In this document: one piece after another, positions 19,592 to 28,367 of the stretch
Position numbering within the stretch: the stretch's first letter is position 1
How the letters are laid out: each line of letters opens with the position of its first letter
DNA from: Candidatus Falkowbacteria bacterium
GTDB lineage: Bacteria > Patescibacteriota > Patescibacteriia > Patescibacteriales > UBA12465
Direction: 5' to 3'
Length of the DNA: 64,000 bases
NCBI GenBank assembly: GCA_037134915.1
Contig: JBAXLJ010000002.1
Location: forward strand, 128,935 to 192,934
Position numbers and translations under genes: made by a program
The notes under the pieces: model-generated
What the model saw: the letters and a program-made list of their open reading frames with translations, nothing else
Databases searched by the model: none
What the model was told of the DNA's origin: nothing

Positions 19592-19615
19592 TTAGGATTT
19601 TATCGTTTTTTATAA

Positions 19616-19645
19616 AATTCCGCTGTTAAAGGCGGAATTTTTGTT
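19616..19645 (+). terminator. rho-independent terminator after secY
   Basis: AATTCCGC / GCGGAATT is a perfect 8-bp stem with an 8-nt loop (TGTTAAAG), followed by TTTTGTTT. Confidence 0.7.
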
Positions 19646-19700
19646 TGACTGATTAAGCTATTTTAGCTAAACTTTTAAAGTAATTAGTAAAATATATCAT

Positions 19701-20006
19701 ATGACAATGCAGGATTTCTTAACGAAAGTTCATGATCGCAACGTTAACCACGAACACCTTCGCCGGGCTTTTTTTGATCTGATGCATCCTAGCTATGCCT
19801 TTCAAAATCTTAGCACCACCGACCGGGAATTTATTTATGGATTAATTCTAAAGCATCGTGATAAATTATTTAAGAATATTTATCTGACACAGACCGAGAT
19901 TAATCATGAATATTATAGTATTTGGGAAAAACGTTTAGCCCTGGGTTTACTAGAGAATGATTTAAAAATAATTAAAGAAGTCTTACAATCATTTAAAGCT
20001 AATTAA
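19701..20006 (+). CDS. hypothetical protein
   Basis: 101-aa ORF only 2 nt upstream of the next gene. I recognise no motif. Confidence 0.5.
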   Translation: MTMQDFLTKVHDRNVNHEHLRRAFFDLMHPSYAFQNLSTTDREFIYGLILKHRDKLFKNIYLTQTEINHEYYSIWEKRLALGLLENDLKIIKEVLQSFKAN

Positions 20007-20008
20007 TT

Positions 20009-20932
20009 ATGGCCATTATTAATATTTTAATTGTTGTTTTAGGTTTATGCGTCTTTGAAATTGTCAGTAGTGTGGATAATGCGATTGTTAACGCTCACGT
20101 TTTGAAGACCATGCCTGAAAAATATCGGAAGATTTTTTTATTTTGGGGTCTTTTATTTGCGGTTTTTGCGGTTCGCGGCCTCTTACCGTTTATTATCGTT
20201 TGGCTCGCCAATCCTAATTTATCTATTATTCAGGTGGTGACTTCAACTTTTTCAGGTGATGCTTCGGTAATGGCTTCGCTAGCTAAGTCTAAACCACTGC
20301 TACTTTTAGGTGGCGGTATTTATTTGTTATTTGTTTTTTTGGCTTGGTTATTTTTGGAGGAGAAAAAATATGCCTTCTTGGCGGAAGGTTTTTTGCACCG
20401 TCAAGGAGCCTGGTTTTATGCCATCGCCTCTTTTTTAACTACCGCTTTAGTTTACGCCTCGCTGCAGCGCGACCCTATTTTAGCTTTAGCGGCCACCATC
20501 GGCGTTTCGGCTTTTTTCTTGACTGACGGTTTTAAAAAGAATGCGGAAGTTCAAGAGAAGCAACTGATGAGCGGTCATATGAGCGCTTGGAGCAAGATTA
20601 TGTATCTTGAAGTGCTTGATGCTTCATTTTCGATTGATGGCGTGATTGGGGCCTTTGCTTTTACCATGAGCGTGCCACTGATTATCTTAGGTAATGGTTT
20701 AGGGGCTTATGTGGTTCGAGAATTTACCGTTCGTGGTATTGATCTAATTGCTAAGTTTGCCTATCTTAAAAATGGCGCTATGTATTCCATTGGAGCCCTA
20801 GGGGCAATGATGGTTCTGGAAGCTTTTGGCCATGACTATCCTTTTTGGTTAGCACCGCTTAATACCTTTATTCTCTTAGGCCTGTTCCTTTTCTTATCAA
20901 TTGAGGCTAACCGTAAAGCGCTTATTAAATAA
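20009..20932 (+). CDS. TerC/DUF475-family integral membrane protein
   Basis: Polytopic 307-aa ORF. The motif SSVDNAIVNA near the N-terminus, with a second half-repeat (DASFSIDGVIGAFA), is typical of TerC-like or DUF475 proteins. Confidence 0.6.
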   Translation: MAIINILIVVLGLCVFEIVSSVDNAIVNAHVLKTMPEKYRKIFLFWGLLFAVFAVRGLLPFIIVWLANPNLSIIQVVTSTFSGDASVMASLAKSKPLLLLGGGIYLLFVFLAWLFLEEKKYAFLAEGFLHRQGAWFYAIASFLTTALVYASLQRDPILALAATIGVSAFFLTDGFKKNAEVQEKQLMSGHMSAWSKIMYLEVLDASFSIDGVIGAFAFTMSVPLIILGNGLGAYVVREFTVRGIDLIAKFAYLKNGAMYSIGALGAMMVLEAFGHDYPFWLAPLNTFILLGLFLFLSIEANRKALIK

Positions 20933-20941
20933 TTTATTTGT

Positions 20942-21772
20942 ATGGTTTATAAAAAAAGTTCTGAGGAAATTAGAATTATTCGTGAAGGCGGCCTTATCTT
21001 AGCCCGCATTCTTAAAGAAATGGTGGCCGAAGTAAAACCCGGAGTTTCCACTTTAGCGCTTGAAAATATTTTGGTTAAACGAATTAAAGAAGCCGGCGGT
21101 CGCCCGGCTTTTAAAGATTATGATATGGGGGGTGGTATTTTTTTTCCGTCCGCTTTATGCGCCTCAATTAATGAAGAAGTCGTTCACGGCACCGCTATTC
21201 CGGGACGCTTGCTTAAATCGGGTGATATTATCGATTTAGACATTGGCATGGAGTGGCCAGTTGATCCTAAGGTTAGGGCGGTGGTCAAAGCTCCGGTTAA
21301 TAAATTTTCCGCTGATGGCGGTTACTTTACCGATATGTGTACGACCGTGGCGGTGGGTAAAATTAGCGCGGCGGCTAAGAAACTCCTTAAAGTTACCAAG
21401 GAATGTTTAATGGCCGGAATTAATCAGGCCAAACCGGGTAACACTTTAAATGATATCGGTTCGGCGGTACAATTTATCGCCGAAACTCACGGTTATGGCG
21501 TGGTGCGTGATCTAGTGGGTCACGGAGTGGGTTATTTAGCCCATGAAGATCCTAATGTTTTTAATTACTCAATTCCGCCTCGTTCCTCTGAAAACTTGGT
21601 CTTAGAAGTGGGAATGGTAATTGCCATTGAACCGATGATTAATGCTGGCACCTGGAAAGTTAAAACGGCTAAAAATGATTATACTATTTTAACGGCGGAT
21701 AATTCTTTGAGCGCTCATTTTGAGCACACCGTAGCCATTACGGAGCACGGACCGGAAATCTTGACTAAATAA
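20942..21772 (+). CDS. map: type I methionine aminopeptidase
   Basis: Metal-binding blocks DLDIG, VGHGVG..HE, IEPM and HFEHTV are present. Confidence 0.93.
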   Translation: MVYKKSSEEIRIIREGGLILARILKEMVAEVKPGVSTLALENILVKRIKEAGGRPAFKDYDMGGGIFFPSALCASINEEVVHGTAIPGRLLKSGDIIDLDIGMEWPVDPKVRAVVKAPVNKFSADGGYFTDMCTTVAVGKISAAAKKLLKVTKECLMAGINQAKPGNTLNDIGSAVQFIAETHGYGVVRDLVGHGVGYLAHEDPNVFNYSIPPRSSENLVLEVGMVIAIEPMINAGTWKVKTAKNDYTILTADNSLSAHFEHTVAITEHGPEILTK

Positions 21773-21776
21773 TTAT

Positions 21777-22157
21777 ATGGAAAAATACCTAGGGATTGAT
21801 TGGGGAGAAAAAAGAATTGGGCTTGCCACTGCCGAAGAGGAGTTAAATATGGCCTTGCCTTTAGGTACGGTCTCAGACATCGCCGGTATTTTGCAGACGA
21901 TTAGTGAAGAGGAAATTACCAAAATTGTTTTAGGCCGGCCCTACCAAATGGCCAGCTTAGAGCATGATATAAATCCCGATTTTTTAAAATTTGTAGAATT
22001 ACTTCAAAGCCAAACCGCCATTCCGATTATTCAAATTGATGAAAGACTCAGTAGTTTAGCGGCTGATGCGATGGGTGGACCTAAAAAAATGCGGGCCGGT
22101 CGAGATGAAATTGCTGCCGCTTTAATCTTGCAAAGTTACTTAGATAAGTTGCGCTAA
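21777..22157 (+). CDS. ruvX: Holliday junction resolvase-like nuclease RuvX/YqgF
   Basis: YLGIDWGEKRIGLATA N-terminus and DERLSS motif, 126 aa. Confidence 0.85.
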   Translation: MEKYLGIDWGEKRIGLATAEEELNMALPLGTVSDIAGILQTISEEEITKIVLGRPYQMASLEHDINPDFLKFVELLQSQTAIPIIQIDERLSSLAADAMGGPKKMRAGRDEIAAALILQSYLDKLR

Positions 22158-22161
22158 AATT

Positions 22162-22896
22162 ATGGCCGAAAGCGATAGTAGTGAAGCGATAATTATCAAC
22201 CGCAACGACTGGCGTGAAAACGACAGTCGCGTTGTTTTGTATACTAAAAATTTTGGTAAATTATCTTTAGTTGCTCGAGGGGCAAAGAAGATGCGTTCTA
22301 AAATTGCCGGTCACATTGAACCAATTAGTTTGGCCGATGTCATGATTTTAAGGGGAAGAGCCTATGACTATTTAGGCAGTGCGATTACGCGCCGGGCCTA
22401 CTTAAATATTAAAGCCGATTTAAACGCGCTCTATTTTGTGGGTGCCGCTCTAGCATTATTCGATAAGTTGGTTAAAGAGGCGGCTTCTGATGAAGAATTA
22501 TTTAATTTTTTAATTTCTTGGTTAGACACGGTGGAGAGTAATTTGGAGGCCGAACTAGACAAGGAAAATGGTGAGCTTTTATATAACTATTTTTCTTTGA
22601 GACTTTTAGCGATTCTCGGTTATAAGCCGGAATTGTATCATTGTTTGGAGTGCCGCCGGAAAATTGAACCCGGGGCTAATTACTTTAACTTAAGGCTGGG
22701 GGGTCTAATTTGCCCCACTTGTCTGGTGTCTTGCCAAAATAAATATTTGCCCAATGAGCTTATACCAGTCTCTGATAACTGTGTGAAACTGCTAAGAATC
22801 TTCAGTGAATCAGACAGATATCAAATTATTAAGACTAATTCGGTTTTGATTCGGGAACTGAGCCGTCTTACTAAAGCCTTTGTCGATTTTAATTAA
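22162..22896 (+). CDS. recO: DNA repair protein RecO
   Basis: N-terminal OB region (ND.RENDSRVVLYT...GKLSLVARGAKK) and a zinc finger CLECRRK...CPTC. Confidence 0.85.
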   Translation: MAESDSSEAIIINRNDWRENDSRVVLYTKNFGKLSLVARGAKKMRSKIAGHIEPISLADVMILRGRAYDYLGSAITRRAYLNIKADLNALYFVGAALALFDKLVKEAASDEELFNFLISWLDTVESNLEAELDKENGELLYNYFSLRLLAILGYKPELYHCLECRRKIEPGANYFNLRLGGLICPTCLVSCQNKYLPNELIPVSDNCVKLLRIFSESDRYQIIKTNSVLIRELSRLTKAFVDFN

Positions 22897-23063
22897 TTTA
22901 GCTGTCCCGCTCTTAAAAAGATAAAAACCTTAAAAAAAGGGTCTAAAAAGACGCTTTTTTTCTTGCTAAAAATTATCAGATAAGGTAAAATTAAGTCGTA
23001 AAATATTGTCAAAAAAGGGGTTTTCCTCAGGAATTTTTAAAGGTTTAATTAATTTTTAATTTT

Positions 23064-24365
23064 ATGTCAAGAATGATGATTGCCGCCGCTAAAGAACAGG
23101 GCGAAGGCCGTGTTAATTTGTCTGGTTGGGCTAGAAATTTGCGGATTCACAAAGGTCTTATTTTTATCGACTTGCGTGACTTATCGGGTCAAATGCAGTT
23201 GGTGGTTTTAGAATCAGCCGCTGCTTTTTTAGAGGCTTCCAAATTAACCTTGGAAAGTGTCATCTCAGTTTCCGGCACCCTTCAGGAAAAACCGGCTAAA
23301 AAAGGCGATACCAGTGGCCTCAAAGATTATGAAGTATTAGTCGACAGTTTAGAAATATTATCTTTAGCTAATGAGAGCTTGCCGATTCCGGTTTTAACTA
23401 AGGCTGACAATGAAGCTGAAACTGATTTGCGCTTTGATTATCGTTGGCTGGATTTACGCCAAGAAGAGAAGCAGCTTATTTTTAAAACTTGGAGCAAATT
23501 AGAAGAAGGTTTTCGCGAAGAATTCTCTCGCTTAGGCTTTATGCAAATTTACACCCCCTGTCTGATGAGCACAGCCAGTGAGACTGGTTCTGAGGTTTTT
23601 GAGGTTAAATATTTTGATCGCAAGGCTTATTTATCTCAATCTCCACAATTTTACAAACAGATGGCGATTGCCTCGGGCTTAGAAAAAGTTTTTACTTTTG
23701 GACCGGTCTTTCGCGCGGAAAAATCATTTACCACGCGCCATGTAACAGAATTTACCGGTTGGGATTTTGAATTTGCTTTCTTAGATTCTCATCAGGACAT
23801 CATGGATGTTGAAGAAAAATTATTAGTTAGCGGTTTTAAAAAATTAAAAACCGAATTGAATTTAGATATCGAAGTGCCAGCCCAACCTTTTCCTAGAATA
23901 ACTTTAGCCGATGTTAAGGTTAAGCTTAAGGCGACGGGTGTGACCAGCGAAAAAGAAGGTGATTTGTCACCGGAAGAAGAACGAGAAATCTGCCGTTTAA
24001 TCAAAGAAGAAACAGGGCATGATTTTATTTTTGTTACCGATTATCCAGCTGAGACTCGAGCTTTCTATCATATGCGTTATCCGGACACTAACATCACAAA
24101 AAGCTTTGATTTACTTTATCGCGGTGTGGAGGTGACAACTGGAGCGCAGCGCGAACATCGAGTTGATATTTTAGAAAAACAAGCTTTAGAGAAGGGGATG
24201 AATCTCGAAGAACTAAAAGATTATATTAATTTTTTCCGTTTCGGTTGTCCGCCACATGGTGGTGTCGGCATTGGTCCAGCGCGTCTGATTATGAAAATTT
24301 TAAATTTAGATAGCGTTAAGGAAGCTTGTTTCTTGCCACGCGATGTCCGCCGTTTACTGCCTTAA
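23064..24365 (+). CDS. aspS: class IIb aspartyl-tRNA synthetase, archaeal/eukaryotic-type (short form; could be non-discriminating; AsnRS not formally excluded)
   Basis: 433 aa with an N-terminal OB fold, motif 2 FRAEKSFTTRHVTEFTGWDFE and motif 3 GGVGIGPARLIM. Confidence 0.75.
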   Translation: MSRMMIAAAKEQGEGRVNLSGWARNLRIHKGLIFIDLRDLSGQMQLVVLESAAAFLEASKLTLESVISVSGTLQEKPAKKGDTSGLKDYEVLVDSLEILSLANESLPIPVLTKADNEAETDLRFDYRWLDLRQEEKQLIFKTWSKLEEGFREEFSRLGFMQIYTPCLMSTASETGSEVFEVKYFDRKAYLSQSPQFYKQMAIASGLEKVFTFGPVFRAEKSFTTRHVTEFTGWDFEFAFLDSHQDIMDVEEKLLVSGFKKLKTELNLDIEVPAQPFPRITLADVKVKLKATGVTSEKEGDLSPEEEREICRLIKEETGHDFIFVTDYPAETRAFYHMRYPDTNITKSFDLLYRGVEVTTGAQREHRVDILEKQALEKGMNLEELKDYINFFRFGCPPHGGVGIGPARLIMKILNLDSVKEACFLPRDVRRLLP

Positions 24366-24413
24366 TATTTTGATAATTTGGCCCTTTAGGCCACTAGTAA
24401 TAAGACTAACAAT

Positions 24414-25334
24414 ATGAACAACAATGCTAAGTACGCGTTCTATTATCTCCTGTCTTTGGTAGCGCTGATTTTCACGGCTTTGTCAGTTGGGATGATTGCT
24501 TTTGGTATTATTAATCAGACGGTCGCCGATGCTCTAAATACCGGGGGTGTTAGTGATACTTTAAAATTTGCGATTTCCGCAATTCTGATTGCGGCGCCAA
24601 TTTTTTTCGTCATGCAGAATTTAATTAGCCGCGGTTTACGCCGTGGAGAACTCACCAAAGATTCGGGTGTGAGACGTTGGCTGACTTATTTTATCTTACT
24701 AGTTTCTTCGGTGATTATTTTAGGAGTTTTTATTGGGATAATTAATAGTTTCTTAGCGGGCGAATTAACTTTAGGCTTTATTCTTAAAGCCCTGAGCATG
24801 ATTATTATTTCGGCTTCGGCTTTTTCTTTTTATCTCTATGATATTAGACGGGAAGACGTGGTGACTAAAAGTAAGGTAGTGCGAATTTTCTTTTGGGCGT
24901 CATTGGTAATTATTACAGCCGCCTTTATCGCTTCCTGGTTCTTTATTGAGTCGCCGGTTTTAACCAGAGCGAAACGTTTAGATCAAAATTTAGTTAATAA
25001 TATCACGAGCGTGGAAAATGCGGTTAATGCCTATAATGAAAAATATAAGAAGCTACCGGATAACATCAGTCAGGTTCAAAGTAATAATGACATTTACTTA
25101 GATGCTCGCTCTTTAACTGACGCTGAAAATGGCAATCCGATTGTTTATCAGAAAACCAGCGAGAGCACTTTTCAGTTGTGCGCGACTTTTAGAACGGATA
25201 ATAAAACAGTTGTATCTAAAAATAATAATACTTACTATTCTGACCCGATGAAGCTTCATTTAGCCGGTTATCAATGTATTGCGGGTCAAGTTTGGTCAAA
25301 TGCTAAAGCGGTACCGGCAACTCCGGTTAATTAA
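24414..25334 (+). CDS. DUF5671-like multi-pass membrane protein with pilin-like extracytoplasmic C-terminal domain
   Basis: The N-terminal half has five or six TM helices. After the last TM comes RAKRLDQNLVNNITSVENAVNAYNEKYKKLPDNI, which resembles the post-TM helix of type IV pilin or pseudopilin domains. Confidence 0.55.
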   Translation: MNNNAKYAFYYLLSLVALIFTALSVGMIAFGIINQTVADALNTGGVSDTLKFAISAILIAAPIFFVMQNLISRGLRRGELTKDSGVRRWLTYFILLVSSVIILGVFIGIINSFLAGELTLGFILKALSMIIISASAFSFYLYDIRREDVVTKSKVVRIFFWASLVIITAAFIASWFFIESPVLTRAKRLDQNLVNNITSVENAVNAYNEKYKKLPDNISQVQSNNDIYLDARSLTDAENGNPIVYQKTSESTFQLCATFRTDNKTVVSKNNNTYYSDPMKLHLAGYQCIAGQVWSNAKAVPATPVN

Positions 25335-25336
25335 TT

Positions 25337-26074
25337 ATGATAGAAATAAACACTGATAAATTTCAGGGCCCTTTGGGCGTCTTGCTTAAGTTAATTGAGC
25401 AGGAAGAAATGGATATCACTGAAATTGCGCTCGCTAAAATTGCCGATGAATATTTGGCCTATGTCCAAAATTCTGAAAATATCAACCCCGAAGAGATGGC
25501 GGATTTTTTAGTGATGGCGGCTCGTTTGCTCTATATTAAATCTAAAGCTTTGCTACCTTATTTAGTCAGCGCTGAAGAAGAAGAGGAAATTGTGGAACTG
25601 GAAAATCAACTCCGGATGTATAAAGAGTTTATTGAAGCCAGTGTTAAAATCGCGGATTTAGTGGGAGAGAAAAGATTTTTGTTTTCACCACTGCTGATTA
25701 ATAAGAACTTCCGTCGCTCTAAAAAAGAAATTCCTAGTTTTGTCGCGCCTAAAAATGTGACCGCCCAGTTAATTCACGACCGCTTTGCCGAACTAATCGA
25801 ACGCTTACAGGTTAAAGAAGAGAAGTTAGATGAGAAAAGTTTAGCGCCTAAAGTCAGTATTGATGAACGGATTATTCATATTAGGGAACTGCTAACTAAA
25901 AAATTACGTTTTAGCTTCTCTAAATTTCTGCAGCAAGCTAAGAGCCGAACCGAAGTGATCGTTAGTTTTTTAGCCGTTTTAGAATTAGCCAAGCAGCGGG
26001 AATTAGTTTTTGAACAAGATGAGCTTTTTAGCGAAATCCATGTTTTATTTCGTGATGACAAAATAAATAATTAA
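25337..26074 (+). CDS. scpA: segregation and condensation protein A
   Basis: FQGPLGVLLKLIEQEEMDITEIALAKIADEYL N-terminus, and the C-terminal VIVSFLAVLELAK. Confidence 0.88.
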   Translation: MIEINTDKFQGPLGVLLKLIEQEEMDITEIALAKIADEYLAYVQNSENINPEEMADFLVMAARLLYIKSKALLPYLVSAEEEEEIVELENQLRMYKEFIEASVKIADLVGEKRFLFSPLLINKNFRRSKKEIPSFVAPKNVTAQLIHDRFAELIERLQVKEEKLDEKSLAPKVSIDERIIHIRELLTKKLRFSFSKFLQQAKSRTEVIVSFLAVLELAKQRELVFEQDELFSEIHVLFRDDKINN

Positions 26075-26077
26075 TCT

Positions 26078-26623
26078 ATGAATCTTAAATCTCAACTTGA
26101 ATCACTGCTATTTGTTTCTAGTAAACCGCTTGGTGTTGTGGAAATGTCGGATTTAACTAACACTAATTTTGAAGAGGTTGAAGCCGCTTTAACTAGTCTA
26201 GCTGAAGAATATAAGGCGCAAAATCGGGGATTTATTTTAATTAAGAATAATAAAGAATACCAATTAACTACCGCTCCGGAAAACACTAATTTAGTCAGTC
26301 GTTTCTTAAAAGATGAAACTAGCGGCGAGTTGTCTCAACCGAGCCTAGAAACTTTAACTATTATTGCTTACCGTGGACCGATTACTAAATTAGAATTAGA
26401 ACGCATTCGTGGCGTTAATTGCAGCTTGATTTTAAGAAATTTACTGATCCGAGGTTTAATCGAAGATAAGAATGATAAGACGAAGAATGAAAACTTTTAT
26501 TCCGTTACTTTAGAGTTCATTAAGTTCTTAGGCATTTCTTCCGTGAGTGAGTTGCCAGATTACGAAAAATTGCACCGCAGCGAATCTTTAAGTGAAGTTA
26601 TCGCTCAACCCCTTAGTCTTTAA
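26078..26623 (+). CDS. scpB: segregation and condensation protein B
   Basis: LESLLFVSSKPL...LS.PSLETLTIIAYRGPITK.ELE.IRGV. Confidence 0.88.
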   Translation: MNLKSQLESLLFVSSKPLGVVEMSDLTNTNFEEVEAALTSLAEEYKAQNRGFILIKNNKEYQLTTAPENTNLVSRFLKDETSGELSQPSLETLTIIAYRGPITKLELERIRGVNCSLILRNLLIRGLIEDKNDKTKNENFYSVTLEFIKFLGISSVSELPDYEKLHRSESLSEVIAQPLSL

Positions 26624-26637
26624 TCTTTTAAATTACC

Positions 26638-27561
26638 ATGTATTTGTCATTTTTTATTAATTGTTTGGCTGCTTTATTGTTTTCTAATTTGAATTTAAAA
26701 CCTTCGGATGCTTTGGTTTTTTATGGCGAGTGCCGACCAGCAGTTGTCTCCCGTTTACCAGAGAGTCCCGTTTTACCGCAAATTGTTAAAAAAGCCGAAG
26801 CCGGTGATTTTAGTTTAACGGCTTCAAGTGGTGCCGTTTTGCTCGTTAAAAATAATACTTTTTTATTTGAAAAAAATTCCGGAGCGAAACAGCCAATTGC
26901 TAGTTTAACTAAATTAATGACGGCTTTAGTTTTTTTAGATAATAACCCCGGTTTTGATAAGCCCTATGTCGTCTCGGCCGCTGATAACATTGCTGGCGGT
27001 AAGAATAATTTGTTTACCGGCGACACCGTTAAGATTAAGGATTTATGGAATACCAGTTTAGTGGCTTCGGACAACGGTGCGACGATGGCTCTGGCTCATG
27101 CGACTGGTCTTAGCGAAAAGGAATTTGTGGCTGCGATGAATGATAAGGCTAATAAACTCGGTTTATTTGATACTAATTTTAATGACCCTACCGGTTTGTC
27201 GGATAAAGATTTTTCCACTGCTCGCGACATCGCGCGACTCGCTAAAGAAGCGCTCAGTCACGATGAAATTAGAAAATCAACCACCCAGAAAGAATATATT
27301 TTTACCACCGCTGAAGGCCGAGAGAAAAAAATTGAATCAACTGATTATCTATTATATTCCGATTCCGAGGCGAAGATTAATCTTTTGGGGGGTAAAACAG
27401 GGTACACCGAAGGAGCGGGCTATTGTTTTGTCGGCAAGTTCACGGATCCGCGCCAGGATGAAATAATTTCCGTGGTTTTAAACAGTAATGGTAAAAATGA
27501 TAGGTTTCTCGAAACCAAGAGTTTAGTTAACTGGGTCTTTACTAACTTTAATTGGAATTAA
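26638..27561 (+). CDS. D-alanyl-D-alanine carboxypeptidase (peptidase S11, low-molecular-weight PBP)
   Basis: It has an N-terminal signal or anchor sequence and all three active-site motifs: SLTK (SxxK), SDN (SxN) and KTG. Confidence 0.85.
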   Translation: MYLSFFINCLAALLFSNLNLKPSDALVFYGECRPAVVSRLPESPVLPQIVKKAEAGDFSLTASSGAVLLVKNNTFLFEKNSGAKQPIASLTKLMTALVFLDNNPGFDKPYVVSAADNIAGGKNNLFTGDTVKIKDLWNTSLVASDNGATMALAHATGLSEKEFVAAMNDKANKLGLFDTNFNDPTGLSDKDFSTARDIARLAKEALSHDEIRKSTTQKEYIFTTAEGREKKIESTDYLLYSDSEAKINLLGGKTGYTEGAGYCFVGKFTDPRQDEIISVVLNSNGKNDRFLETKSLVNWVFTNFNWN

Positions 27562-27568
27562 TTCCTTT

Positions 27569-28069
27569 ATGCCGCTAATAAACAAATTTTATAAAAAGTT
27601 TTATCGTCTTTTAGGAAAGTATTTTCCTAAATTTCATTGTTATTGCCGCAACCGCAAATCGGTTGTAAAATTTTTTATTTCCGGCACGCTGGCGAGTTCG
27701 GTTGATTTGTTCTTCCTGTTTATTTTTCATGGGTTATGCGGTTTAGGAATCGTGATTTCAACTAGTTTATCTTTTTTATTATCTTTTCTAGTCAGTTTTT
27801 ATCTTCAGAAATTGTGGACCTTTAGAAATCAGGATGAGAAGAAAGCCCCGCGCCAACTAGTTCTGTATCTGCTTAATTCTTTTTTGAGTTTGAACTTAAA
27901 TGGTATTGGGATGCATCTACTGGTCACTCAATTTGGTATCTGGTATTTATTTTCCCAGATAATTGTTAATTTAGTCTTAGGATCGCTTAACTTTTTTATT
28001 TATAAATTTATAATTTTTAGACACGACGATGAAGCTAATTGTGAACCACTCGAAACTGACGAACTTTAA
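27569..28069 (+). CDS. GtrA-family membrane protein
   Basis: 166 aa with four TM helices. FFISGTLASSVDLFFLFIF and KLWTFRN are typical of GtrA-like proteins. Confidence 0.7.
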   Translation: MPLINKFYKKFYRLLGKYFPKFHCYCRNRKSVVKFFISGTLASSVDLFFLFIFHGLCGLGIVISTSLSFLLSFLVSFYLQKLWTFRNQDEKKAPRQLVLYLLNSFLSLNLNGIGMHLLVTQFGIWYLFSQIIVNLVLGSLNFFIYKFIIFRHDDEANCEPLETDEL

Positions 28070-28367
28070 CGCTGACGAATTTTTGCGCCGCGCCGGTTTC
28101 GCTTATATTTATGACAATCTTAAAGAACATGGTTCTTACGTTAAGCGTTTAACCCGTGACTATTATCCGCGCCTACACGTTTATGTAATGGAGAAGCAGG
28201 ACAAACGTGGGGCTAATTTAATTGTTATTGAAATGCACTTAGATCAGAAGAAAGCCAGCTATGTCGGTACTAAAATGCATAGCGCTGAATATGACGGCGA
28301 AGTGGTGGCGGCGGAAATGGCCAATTTGAAGAATCTCATGAGAACTTACGTATCAAGTAATATATGA
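28029..28367 (+). CDS. hypothetical protein, overlaps both neighbours
   Basis: 112-aa ORF. Its 5' end overlaps the GtrA gene by 41 nt and its stop overlaps the dnaG ATG (ATGA at 28364-28367). I recognise no motif. Confidence 0.45.
   Translation: MKLIVNHSKLTNFNADEFLRRAGFAYIYDNLKEHGSYVKRLTRDYYPRLHVYVMEKQDKRGANLIVIEMHLDQKKASYVGTKMHSAEYDGEVVAAEMANLKNLMRTYVSSNI

Noticed and set aside
22897-23063. Considered a T-box riboswitch upstream of the aspartyl-tRNA synthetase gene
   Set aside because: The region is only about 165 nt and lacks the conserved T-box sequence (…GGTGGTACCGCG…) and a specifier-loop architecture.
27140-27466. 108-aa plus-strand ORF in an alternative frame
   Set aside because: It lies inside the carboxypeptidase gene, whose frame carries the KTG motif in this region.
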